From positions 11,018 to 75,017 of the forward strand of contig JAFTFG010000005.1 of NCBI GenBank assembly GCA_017449675.1: a stretch of 64,000 nt of DNA, read 5' to 3'. This stretch comes from Prevotella sp. Its GTDB lineage: Bacteria > Bacteroidota > Bacteroidia > Bacteroidales > Bacteroidaceae. Each line of letters starts with the position of its first letter. Within the stretch, counting starts at the first letter, position 1. The notes beneath the pieces are model-generated. The model saw nothing but the letters and a program-made list of their open reading frames with translations, ran no database searches and was not told where the DNA came from. The translations under genes and the position numbers were made by a program. This document shows positions 28,662-44,401 of this stretch, one piece after another.

Positions 28662-31600
28662 TTATTGTTCTATTTTTAATTCAGGTTGTGCTAACAGACC
28701 GGCAGGCAACAGGTTGTCACCTTTCGTACGGTATTTGGCATTGGTCCAGATACCCTCATAGGGCGCCTTGCCTTGGTCCATACCACGTAAGGCGTTGTGC
28801 CAGGTGTTTACCACTTCTATCTCCAAGGTGTTCTTGCCTTTCCTCAAAGCCTTGGTTACCTCCACCTCGTAAGGTGCAGTCCATGCAATACCACAGTCGA
28901 TGCCGTTTACCCAGACATGGGCGATGTCCCTGATGTCGGGGAATGTCAGCCATGCACGCCCCTTGGGTAGTCTCTTCTGCTTGAAAGTCGTGGTATACAA
29001 GGCATGTCCACTGAAATAGCGGATTCGGTCGTCTGTATGCTTACTCCAGTCGAAGAGTTGCTGGTTGTCGAGGGTGATATTACCTTCTTTGAAAGTGATA
29101 CGATAGGGGGTAGTGATTATTCCCACGCTGGGAATGTTTCTTTCCCACGCTGGGAATGTTTCTTTCCCACGCTGGGAATGTTTCTTTCCCACGTTGGGAA
29201 TGTTTTTTCCCACGCTGGGAATAAATACGGAGCCATAAGCAGGCATCGTGAAGGTTACTTTCGTCCTACCGTCCTCCTCCGTATAATCGACCTTATTCCA
29301 TTCATCCGTAATGGGGTTATAGACAGCAGGAATACGTCCTGTACAGCGGAAAGACGCTGTTATCTGGCGCTCCTTGTCCTCTTGGTTAGCGAGGAAATAG
29401 ATGTCTTGGTCGTCAGTGACTCGATGGGTATAGGCGATTCCTTCCGGCAGGATGATATCAGGCTCCACCCCCTCAAGGGTCTCGGCATGGTACGGTTTGT
29501 CGATAATCAGGACACCTTGTTGGCGTAATTGTGCTATTCGCTCTTGTGCCTCTTTGGAGACGATGCAGCCTTCAGGGATGACCAGCACCTTGTAATGGAA
29601 AGGTCGTGTCAGCAGTGCGTCTTTATTCATAGAGTCATACTGGTAACCATGCAACGGATTGATCCAGTCTTTCAAATCGATGATTCCTGCGGAATGGCGT
29701 ACGCCCACAGGACTTTCCTCCATCGGCTGTCCAACATTGGCAAGTCGTTTTTGTTCGGAGGCGACACGCTCTGGACCGAAAAGTCCTGGCAACATTGGCA
29801 CGAGTCGGTCTGGGGTCAGTGCTCGAGAGGGCATTTCCTCCCCTGTATAGACAGCGATGTCAACGACAGGCTCACCTTTTTGCAGCATGGTCTGGCATCG
29901 TGTGACATAATCAACGAATGCCTTTGCCTCTGGAAACCATGTCTGGTCACGCTGGAAAAAGAGTCCAATACCGTCAAGTGTCATACCAGGCTTTTTGTCG
30001 AGCCATGGGTTATGGGTGTTGACATGGAAGAACAAACGGTTCATACCCAAGGCGAAATTGCGATCGAGTAGGGGTTTGACCATTGCTGGTGTCTCATCCC
30101 ACACCCCACGAACCTCGGTAAAACCTTCTGCTTGGATGACGTTCTTGCCATAGACATGTGCGCCACTGATGGCATCGAGCATGTCGTTGGGCTTGTCATG
30201 GGTAGGGGAGTTCAGCCAGTATTCGCCCATCGGCAGGTCGACATACTTATAATGCTCCATACCGTCAGAGACCATGGTGGGTGCGACACTCTCAGAGGAG
30301 AGTTGTATTCCGTATTCCTTAGCCCGTAATGCAAGGGTTGTGAAGAACACCTCGTTGATCAGTTCGTTGATGGTAATGCGGATATCCCGTAGCACCTGCT
30401 CGGCATGGTCCATCGGGATACCGGCATAGACGGGCAGGTAAGGAAGCAGGTCGTAGCCCCTTCGCTGCTGGAACTCATGGGCGAAAGTCTTGGACCAGTT
30501 CTGGGAACCACACTCCCAACTGTCGACATGCATATACTTAACGACGTTGGCATGCGGACGTTTCATGAAAAGGTCAAACCATCCGTCAATCTGTTTGTTG
30601 ACGGCACTGACAGAGAACTTGTCACATTCCAGTCCTTTTCCTCCGCCAGCCGTAGCATTGGTATGTCCTGTGGAGGTATGTCCGAAACGGATGATACGCC
30701 AAAGACCTGTAGGAAGGACGGTCTGGGGAGTGACTTTAATGACCTTGGGAAGAGGTGCTGCTGACTGATAGGCTGCGGCTATTCTCCATACAGACCCGTT
30801 CTTGGATTCATACTGGTCGATACGTGGTTCTGCGGAGAGACGGAGATCCTTGATCTTCAGAACAGGCGACCATTTGGCGGCGTCAAGGTCCTCACTGCCT
30901 GGCTCTGTTCCTTCTGGGGTCCAATAGAAACGGAAATACCTTGCCTTGGTCTCAGGCAAGGAGTAGGTATAGTCTTGGTCTGTGTTCTGCCAGCCCTGAC
31001 GGGGAGGTGTCAACTGGCGGATGTCATGGAAGGTGAGCCCGTCGTCACTTGCCTGTACGAGCAGACGCTGTGCCTGTACATTATTCCCACTTGGTATGAT
31101 CTCCACACTTCTGACCGTCTGTGGCTGCTCATAGGATACTTGGATATATCCTGCTTCTTTGGAGCGGAACGTCCCTTTCTCATCCCGTACGATAGTACCG
31201 GAAAACTGAGGAGCAGGTAATGGCTGCTCTGCCTGAACGGCGAAAGTGGCGATATCCTCATAATACCCCTCATAGCCAGTAACGGCACGGGGCATCGGTA
31301 TCGCTGTTCCCTGACGGGTGATGGTGACAAGGGTATCGCTCCATACCACTTTCTGCATCGACTCTGCCGGGGTAATCCAAGGACCGCCAGCCAGTGCGAA
31401 GCCGTCGCAGATATGAATACCCATCTCCAAACCAAGGGAATCGGACTGTTGCATGGCATAGTCTATCATTTTCCAGAACGCTGGAGTGAGTTGCTGCGCC
31501 CTTCCTTGGTATTCGGGTCTTTCCAGTGTTCCACGAATTGGCATCAGATAACAGCCGCCTAGTCCTACGTCCTTCATTGCCTGCAAGTCGGCATGGATGC

Positions 31601-31718
31601 CTTGCTCCGAAACGGCACCATACATCCAGTACCAGAATGTCCAAGGCTTGGCGGTGTCTCCTCCTTGCGCAGACAGCGCAAGGCACAGGACAACAGCAGA
31701 GAGAATTATCTTTTTCAT
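28662..31718 (-). CDS. GH106 alpha-L-rhamnosidase (BT0986-like)
   Basis: KPWTFWYWM, DGFALAGGPWI, GLECDKF, HVDSWECG, PMGEYW, AEGFTE. Confidence 0.9.
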   Translation of the reverse strand: MKKIILSAVVLCLALSAQGGDTAKPWTFWYWMYGAVSEQGIHADLQAMKDVGLGGCYLMPIRGTLERPEYQGRAQQLTPAFWKMIDYAMQQSDSLGLEMGIHICDGFALAGGPWITPAESMQKVVWSDTLVTITRQGTAIPMPRAVTGYEGYYEDIATFAVQAEQPLPAPQFSGTIVRDEKGTFRSKEAGYIQVSYEQPQTVRSVEIIPSGNNVQAQRLLVQASDDGLTFHDIRQLTPPRQGWQNTDQDYTYSLPETKARYFRFYWTPEGTEPGSEDLDAAKWSPVLKIKDLRLSAEPRIDQYESKNGSVWRIAAAYQSAAPLPKVIKVTPQTVLPTGLWRIIRFGHTSTGHTNATAGGGKGLECDKFSVSAVNKQIDGWFDLFMKRPHANVVKYMHVDSWECGSQNWSKTFAHEFQQRRGYDLLPYLPVYAGIPMDHAEQVLRDIRITINELINEVFFTTLALRAKEYGIQLSSESVAPTMVSDGMEHYKYVDLPMGEYWLNSPTHDKPNDMLDAISGAHVYGKNVIQAEGFTEVRGVWDETPAMVKPLLDRNFALGMNRLFFHVNTHNPWLDKKPGMTLDGIGLFFQRDQTWFPEAKAFVDYVTRCQTMLQKGEPVVDIAVYTGEEMPSRALTPDRLVPMLPGLFGPERVASEQKRLANVGQPMEESPVGVRHSAGIIDLKDWINPLHGYQYDSMNKDALLTRPFHYKVLVIPEGCIVSKEAQERIAQLRQQGVLIIDKPYHAETLEGVEPDIILPEGIAYTHRVTDDQDIYFLANQEDKERQITASFRCTGRIPAVYNPITDEWNKVDYTEEDGRTKVTFTMPAYGSVFIPSVGKNIPNVGKKHSQRGKETFPAWERNIPSVGIITTPYRITFKEGNITLDNQQLFDWSKHTDDRIRYFSGHALYTTTFKQKRLPKGRAWLTFPDIRDIAHVWVNGIDCGIAWTAPYEVEVTKALRKGKNTLEIEVVNTWHNALRGMDQGKAPYEGIWTNAKYRTKGDNLLPAGLLAQPELKIEQ
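29119..29222. repeat. In-frame tandem array of five palindromic units (ttcccacgctgggaa; periods 22,22,22,21)
   Basis: Directly visible in the sequence. It lies inside GH106 and the reading frame stays open through it. Confidence 0.92.
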
Positions 31719-34525
31719 TCGAACCTTAGGATTGTATTGATGCTACCTTTTCCTTTACTCCAATAAGGCTGTGCGGAAGGACCGTTCAAGTCGGTGGTGT
31801 TCACCTTGTTACGCACAGCAGGGATTGCCTTGAGGAAAGCAATGCCCGTCTCGGGAAGGGTATAGAGGAGATGGTCACGACCGTCACGAGGGGTATAGAC
31901 CCCTACGTAGGTGTCTGGGGCGATGATGCCTAGTTTTCCTTCCGTCGTCTCCACCTGCATCCAAGTGACATCAGCGAAGTAGCCCTTGAATTCCGGGTAC
32001 TCAAACGACTCACCGGGGATGGGGTCGTTATAGTTGTTCTGCCAATAGCCATACTGTGGGCCCTCTAAACGGTTCTGCCAGACACGGTAAGGTCCTTTGC
32101 CTACCCATTGCTTGCTTTTGACGTTGCTCTCTGGATAGTCGAAGGCAATACCCAGGAGGTCTACCACGCCATTGAAGTAATAGTCGGCATGCAAGGCGAC
32201 TTCGCCATTGCTGTTGAATGACCATGTAACGGTATTCAGGGAACCGTGCTGATAGTGAGCCGTCAACACACCGTCCTTGAAGTCAAAGCCGCAGAAAGCA
32301 CCTTGGTCGGCGTATTCTGTATAGTCGGTCTTCTTCTGGAAAGCCTCCTTGTCATCGTGGTTATAGAAACCGTCTTGTGAACGGTCAGAGCGCTTGGCGG
32401 CTACAAAACGGGGACCGTTATTCAATGTGATGGTCTTTCCACCAACAGAAACATATTTTAGGTGACCGTCTTTCTTCGAGAAAGTATAGGTCTTGCCTGC
32501 AGCCTTGACCGACAACTCGTCAATGGTCTCTGTCTGGATGCAGTCAGTACCGGCACCATCACTCACGGCAATCGCATCAGACTTGAAAGCCCATGTATAT
32601 ACTTCCTCGCCTTTCGGATTGGTGGCTGTTATTTGAAGTACGTCACCAGAACCTTTAGGCTTGTCAATCGTGGTAGAGGCAAACGGCTCTACGCTACCTA
32701 TATTCAGGGTTCCTTGACTGACGGTCTTTACGGTCGACTGACCAAAGGCAGGCATTTTCAGATATTGGTAACTGAATAGACACTCTTTCAGGTTCGTGAA
32801 GTTATAGCAATTGCTAATCTCTAACTTCTCATCTCTCATCTTTACCTGTATTGGGCTCCAGATTTCACGGATAGTATAGAAAGAGCCTTCCTTCTCCATA
32901 TGTGGTCCAACGATACCGTCAGAGCCGAAGTTACCCATACAGTCTACGATGTTATTCATATCGGTACGTACCACCCCCTGGTCCATCAAGTCCCAGAGGA
33001 AACCACCGGCACAACGGGGATTCGACATCATCAACTCCCAGTAGTCCTTCAGACCGGCACCATGTCCTCCGTCATACAGACCATGCAGGAACTCGGTAGG
33101 CATGAAGATCTCCTTTTGGCGCATATACTCAGCCGTCTCTCCCCATGAGCGGTAATGCTTGGTCTCAAACCCGTTGCGGTTTGCCCAAGGATAGAGAACC
33201 ACACGTTGCTGGGGGTCGAACTTCCCAAAGAAAGGCTCTAACTCGTAGTTGAAGCCTCCTTCGTTACCATTGCTCCAGAAGATAATGCTGGGGTGGTTGA
33301 CATCACGGGTCACCATCTCCTCTACCAACTGGGAGCCAATGATGGTCTCATGTGCCCAATGCCAACCAGGTAGTTCACACTCCACATAAAGACCTAGCGA
33401 GTCGCAGGCATCCAAGAACTCTGGGTCGGCAGGGTAGTGGGAGAGGCGTACGGCATTCATGTTCATCGACTTGATGAGTTTGACATCCTCGATATTCTTA
33501 GTCTTGGAGAGGGTACGACCTGTCTCGGGGCGGAAGGAGTGGCGGTTGGCACCCTTCACGATGACTTTCTTGCCGTTGATAAAGAGACCATCCTCCTTGT
33601 CACCAGCATATTGATGCCGATACTCGATGGTACGGAACCCGAACTTCTGGCGTTCGATATGGAGTGTCTTGCCCTGTTGGTCTTTTAAGGTAAAGATAGC
33701 CGTATACAGGTTGGGTTGTTCTGCATTCCACGTCTTGATACCCTTGGCACTAAAGTCTACCTTCGTCTGGTCGCTGGTAATCGTGAAGGCAGGACTTTGC
33801 GCTACCTTTGTCCCCTTTGCGTCGACAATGTCGACGCATACAGAACTACCAGCAACAGCGCGATTCAAAAAGACATCCGCCATAAACCGCCCATCGCCCT
33901 TGGCATCAATGGCAATACGTTGGATATTCTGTGAAGGCTTCGAGATGATAAACACAGGACGCCAGATACCACCGAAATTCCAATAGTCGGCACGGCGTTC
34001 TGCGAGATTGACCTGTGGCACTGTGCTCTCTTTCAGCACCTCCACCTCCAGACGGTTCTTCTTTGCTCCGAAGAAGACACGGTCTGATACATCGATAGTA
34101 TGACGGGTATAGCCTCCTTGATAGGTGCCATTCCCTGCCTTGCGTCCGTTAATCTGTACTTGGATCTCCGTAAAGGCAGCCTCAAAGACGAGCAGGATCT
34201 GTCGCCCAGCCCATTCCTGCGGCAGGGTGAACTCGTGTTTATACAAACCTCTCTCGTCGGCAATTCCCTCAGGGGTCGCTTTACCATAGAAACGCATCCC
34301 ATACTGGTAGGTGCCGAATCCCTGGAGTTCCCAGCAGGAGGGCACGCCTATCTTCGTCCATATACCACTGTTTCGTCCATCGGTGCATTTGAAGTCCCAT
34401 TGCACCATGTCGTCACATCCTGTTCCACTCAGATACTGCCGATGAGTGTTTACATCAGCAGATTGCGCTTTCATGCCCATTTGACATGCTGCCATGATGA
34501 GCATTGCTGTTATATGCTTTTTCAT
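31715..34525 (-). CDS. GH2 glycoside hydrolase (probably beta-galacturonidase, BT0992-like)
   Basis: [52 protein letters not shown]. Start 34525 or 34534. Confidence 0.85.
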   Translation of the reverse strand: MKKHITAMLIMAACQMGMKAQSADVNTHRQYLSGTGCDDMVQWDFKCTDGRNSGIWTKIGVPSCWELQGFGTYQYGMRFYGKATPEGIADERGLYKHEFTLPQEWAGRQILLVFEAAFTEIQVQINGRKAGNGTYQGGYTRHTIDVSDRVFFGAKKNRLEVEVLKESTVPQVNLAERRADYWNFGGIWRPVFIISKPSQNIQRIAIDAKGDGRFMADVFLNRAVAGSSVCVDIVDAKGTKVAQSPAFTITSDQTKVDFSAKGIKTWNAEQPNLYTAIFTLKDQQGKTLHIERQKFGFRTIEYRHQYAGDKEDGLFINGKKVIVKGANRHSFRPETGRTLSKTKNIEDVKLIKSMNMNAVRLSHYPADPEFLDACDSLGLYVECELPGWHWAHETIIGSQLVEEMVTRDVNHPSIIFWSNGNEGGFNYELEPFFGKFDPQQRVVLYPWANRNGFETKHYRSWGETAEYMRQKEIFMPTEFLHGLYDGGHGAGLKDYWELMMSNPRCAGGFLWDLMDQGVVRTDMNNIVDCMGNFGSDGIVGPHMEKEGSFYTIREIWSPIQVKMRDEKLEISNCYNFTNLKECLFSYQYLKMPAFGQSTVKTVSQGTLNIGSVEPFASTTIDKPKGSGDVLQITATNPKGEEVYTWAFKSDAIAVSDGAGTDCIQTETIDELSVKAAGKTYTFSKKDGHLKYVSVGGKTITLNNGPRFVAAKRSDRSQDGFYNHDDKEAFQKKTDYTEYADQGAFCGFDFKDGVLTAHYQHGSLNTVTWSFNSNGEVALHADYYFNGVVDLLGIAFDYPESNVKSKQWVGKGPYRVWQNRLEGPQYGYWQNNYNDPIPGESFEYPEFKGYFADVTWMQVETTEGKLGIIAPDTYVGVYTPRDGRDHLLYTLPETGIAFLKAIPAVRNKVNTTDLNGPSAQPYWSKGKGSINTILRFE

Positions 34526-34634
34526 AAGAATCATTATTTATAAATAATGACTCTGTAATATTGCTTTTGTAACCGCCCATCATTACAAAAGCGAGCATTC
34601 TTCGTCTTTATAGAAAAGTTAGTAAGAAAAGATT

Positions 34635-35567
34635 ATGATTAAAAGTTATCCCCTAAGCGGTATTATCCCGCCCCTTGTTACTCCACTGAAAGACAATGAG
34701 ACACTTGATGTGGAGAGTCTTGAGAGATTGATAGAGCACCTGATAGCAGGTGGTGTTCATGGACTTTTTATCCTTGGAACAACTGGTGAGGAACAGAGTC
34801 TTAGTTATGGCGTGCGTCAGCAGATGATTCGTGAGTCTGCGCGTATCAACAATGGTCGTCTGCCTCTGTTGGTCTGTGTGACAGATACCAGTATCGTAGA
34901 GAGCATTAAACTTGCTAAGGTTGCCGCAGAGTGTGGTGCCGATGGTGTTGTCTCTGCTCCCCCCTATTACTTTGCCACAGGTCAACCGGAACTTGCCCAG
35001 TTCTATGAGGAGTTAGTGCCCCAGTTGCCATTGCCAGTGTTCCTGTATAATATGCCCAGTCATGTAAAGGTCAGTTTCGCCCCAGATACCGTTCGTCGTA
35101 TTGCCCGGAATCCTCAGGTGATTGGATTTAAGGACTCTTCTGCCAATGCGGTTTATTTCCAGTCTGTGATGTATAAAATGAAAGAACGTCCTGATTTTGC
35201 CATGCTCGTAGGTCCTGAGGAGATAACAGGTGAGTGTGTGTTGCTGGGTGGCCATGGTGGTATCAACGGTGGCGCCAATATGTTCCCGGAATTATATGTG
35301 GCAATGTATGAGGCAGCACGTAATCGTGACATCCAGAGAGTATTGGAGTTGCAGCAGTATATCATGCAGATTTCCACTTCTATTTATACGGTAGGTAAGC
35401 ATGGCTCCAGTTACCTGAAAGGTCTGAAGTGTGCCCTCTCGCTGTTGGGTATCATCAATGATGACTTCGTAGCCTCTCCCTTCTATAAGTTTGAGGAACC
35501 TGAACGGGAGAAGATTCGTCAGGCACTGGCAGCACTACCTATCAAAGACGGCAAACTATGCATCTGA
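34635..35567 (+). CDS. DHDPS/N-acetylneuraminate-lyase family aldolase
   Basis: GTTGE, LYNMP, Schiff-base GFKDSS; no signal peptide. Confidence 0.9.
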   Translation: MIKSYPLSGIIPPLVTPLKDNETLDVESLERLIEHLIAGGVHGLFILGTTGEEQSLSYGVRQQMIRESARINNGRLPLLVCVTDTSIVESIKLAKVAAECGADGVVSAPPYYFATGQPELAQFYEELVPQLPLPVFLYNMPSHVKVSFAPDTVRRIARNPQVIGFKDSSANAVYFQSVMYKMKERPDFAMLVGPEEITGECVLLGGHGGINGGANMFPELYVAMYEAARNRDIQRVLELQQYIMQISTSIYTVGKHGSSYLKGLKCALSLLGIINDDFVASPFYKFEEPEREKIRQALAALPIKDGKLCI

Positions 35568-37078
35568 TAGATTTTATTATCTTTATCGTCTTTACACTTG
35601 GAGTAGTAGTCTTTGGCTGTTCTTTCTTCAAGAAAGGAAGTTCTGCGGATGAGTTCACCTCCGCAGGACATTCTATTCCTGGTTGGGTCGTGGGAATGTC
35701 TATCTTTGCGACCTATGTGTCAAGCATCAGTTATATAGGTTATCCGGGAAAGGCTTTCGCCTCTAACTGGAATGCCTTTGTCTTCTCCTTGTCTATTCCC
35801 ATTGCGAGTTATTTTGCCGCTAAGTACTTCGTACCTTTCTACCGCCATAGTGGCTCGGTGTCTGCCTATACCTTCTTGGAAGAGAAATTCGGGGCGTGGG
35901 CACGTCTTTATGCGTCAGCATGCTATCTGCTTACCCAGATAGCCCGTATGGGTAGTATCCTTTATCTGCTTGCCGTCCCGATGTATATTCTGATGGGATG
36001 GAATTTGCATATCGTCATCATTGCCACTTCCATCGGTATCATTATCTACTCGATGTTAGGTGGATTAAAGGCGGTTATCTGGGCGGATGCGATACAGGGC
36101 ATTATTCTGATAGGAGGAGCGGTTGTGTGTCTTGGCATCCTGATGTTCTCCATGCCGGAGGGACCTATGCAGACGTTTGATATTGCCATCAACTCTCCAG
36201 AGGGGAATAAGTTCTCACTGGGTGCTTTCACGTCAGACTTGACGACCTCAACGTTTTGGGTCTGTCTCATCTATGGTATCTTCATCAACTTGCAGAACTA
36301 TGGTATTGACCAAAACTATGTACAGCGGTACCATGCGGCGAAGACAGACAAGGACGCTAAGTTCTCAGCACTCTTTGGCGGTTACCTCTTTATTCCTGTA
36401 TCGGCTTTGTTCTTCCTGATAGGTTCCGCTTTGTATTCCTATTACGCGGCGGGAGTGGCTCCATTGCCTGCGGAGATAGCGGAGAAACCTGACTATGTGT
36501 TTCCATACTTCATTGTCAATGAGTTACCTGTCGGTTTGCGAGGATTGCTGATAGCCTCTATCTTCGCAGCAGGTATGAGTACGGTGTCTACCAGTGTGAC
36601 CTCTGCAGCCACCATCTTGCTGACGGACTATTTCCGTCCGTTTTTCCTAAAGGCACGTTATGTTACAGACCGTCTTCGTCACCACGACCCCAATGACCAT
36701 CACAAACATCAGAAGTTAGAACTTGCCATCTTGCGTCTGTCGTCAGTAGGCGTGGGAGTGCTGGGTATCATCGTTGCCATTGCCATGCTGAGTGTGGAGA
36801 GTATTATCGACGCATGGTGGACACTGTCAAGTATCTTCTCTGGTGGAATGTTGGGACTATTCCTCTTAGGCTGTATGCCTCGGAAGATCAACAGGACTGC
36901 CGCTTTGATAGGATGTATCTGTGGCGTGTTAGTCATCGCATGGATCTCATTGGCTGGCATGTGGAGTCTTCCTGGTATCCATCTACATGAATACCTTGCC
37001 ATAGTCTTAGGTACATGTACCATCTTCCTAGTGGGCTTCTTGTCCACTTGGCTTTATCAAGTTGGTAGGAAGAAATAA
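35558..37078 (+). CDS. Sodium:solute symporter (SiaT-like acid-sugar subgroup)
   Basis: SIFATYVSSIS, GGLKAVIWAD, GIDQNYVQRY, AAGMST. Confidence 0.9.
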   Translation: MHLIDFIIFIVFTLGVVVFGCSFFKKGSSADEFTSAGHSIPGWVVGMSIFATYVSSISYIGYPGKAFASNWNAFVFSLSIPIASYFAAKYFVPFYRHSGSVSAYTFLEEKFGAWARLYASACYLLTQIARMGSILYLLAVPMYILMGWNLHIVIIATSIGIIIYSMLGGLKAVIWADAIQGIILIGGAVVCLGILMFSMPEGPMQTFDIAINSPEGNKFSLGAFTSDLTTSTFWVCLIYGIFINLQNYGIDQNYVQRYHAAKTDKDAKFSALFGGYLFIPVSALFFLIGSALYSYYAAGVAPLPAEIAEKPDYVFPYFIVNELPVGLRGLLIASIFAAGMSTVSTSVTSAATILLTDYFRPFFLKARYVTDRLRHHDPNDHHKHQKLELAILRLSSVGVGVLGIIVAIAMLSVESIIDAWWTLSSIFSGGMLGLFLLGCMPRKINRTAALIGCICGVLVIAWISLAGMWSLPGIHLHEYLAIVLGTCTIFLVGFLSTWLYQVGRKK

Positions 37079-37087
37079 CTTAACGGT

Positions 37088-43643
<6,556 letters not shown>

Positions 43644-43672
43644 CTGTCTGTCGTTTTAGTAGAATTATAGGG

Positions 43673-43832
43673 CAAAGGTACAAATAAGCGAGTGAAAAAC
43701 CAAATTTTGGAGCAGCGAAAACATAGAAATACTCATATTTCATTTGTTGAGTCGCGACAAAATTCGATCGAAGGTCAAATTTATTTGAGTTTTTCCAAGC
43801 GAGAGTACTTTCGACCGTCGGTTAAAGGTACT
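43673..43832 (-). repeat. Dispersed promoter-bearing repeat, copy A (interrupted)
   Basis: caaaggtacaaataagcgagtgaaaaaccaaat...ttgagtttttccaagcgagagtactttc...aaaggtac. Reads TACCTTTG (-7) on the minus strand, 30 bp upstream of the GH137-GH2 start. Confidence 0.7.
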
Positions 43833-43878
43833 CGGAACGCTTGCTTCGATGCCTAGGAGTACTTCATCCCAAGCCTTG

Positions 43879-43947
43879 GAGTAACTTGTTCCCCCGTACG
43901 GAATAACTTGTCCCCCTGTACGGAATAACTTGTTCCCCATAAGGGAA
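43879..43947. repeat. 22-bp tandem repeat x3 (ggaataacttgttcccc.gtac)
   Basis: Directly visible, degenerate. Confidence 0.75.
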
Positions 43948-44040
43948 CACCCAGGGAGTCGGCACCTCCTGCCCCCGAAGGCGGCACCTCCTAAACCGTT
44001 TTTTGAGGTCTTTCAGGTCGATTTTAGGCCTTATCCTACT

Positions 44041-44105
44041 CATCTGCCACTCATCTGCAACACGTAATCCATTGATTATCAGTAAGTGTTGCAGAATGGC
44101 AGATG
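44041..44105. repeat. Nested inverted repeats around a ttgattatca core
   Basis: catctgcca/tggcagatg and tctgcaacac/gtgttgcaga flank gtaatccattgattatcagtaa. Confidence 0.7.
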
Positions 44106-44220
44106 TTGCAGAGGATAAACATTTCTGGTAGGGGTTCTGCGTCACTTTGGGTGAGGAATAATTATTACAAAGTTTAACTAAATGTCTAATAATCAATACA
44201 TTAGTTAACTTATAAAAGTT

Positions 44221-44298
44221 GTAGATGTGCGTAATTTTTCGTATCTTTGTATGTGAACTCAAAGAAGGAAAAGCGCACATCTACTGATTGCAAAGATA
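44221..44298. promoter_or_regulatory. 11-bp inverted repeat enclosing a -7 promoter motif, with an opposing -7 motif just outside
   Basis: gtagatgtgcg (44221-31) and cgcacatctac (44274-84); TATCTTTG on + at 44242-49 and on - at 44291-98. Confidence 0.5.
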
Positions 44299-44350
44299 CT
44301 AAGAATTTTTGAATCGCCAAAAGATTCAAAAGAAAAAATAGGATGAAACA

Positions 44351-44383
44351 GGAACTAGTCCCCTGATTCAGGGGACAGGTTCC
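44351..44383 (-). terminator. Hairpin downstream of GH138
   Basis: ggaactagtcccctga-t-tcaggggacaggttcc. Confidence 0.55.
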
Positions 44384-44401
44384 TGCTTGTCTACAACAAC
44401 T

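Noticed and set aside
29119..29222. Possible CRISPR array
   Set aside because: The 6-7 bp linkers are near-identical rather than unique spacers, the array is inside a CDS, and no cas genes are present.
34635..35567. Housekeeping dapA
   Set aside because: Its coupling to a sugar-acid symporter inside a PUL favours a catabolic aldolase, so no symbol was assigned.
43740..44280. ORFs of 138 aa and 66 aa in the intergenic repeat cluster
   Set aside because: They translate through tandem and inverted repeats and are probably spurious.
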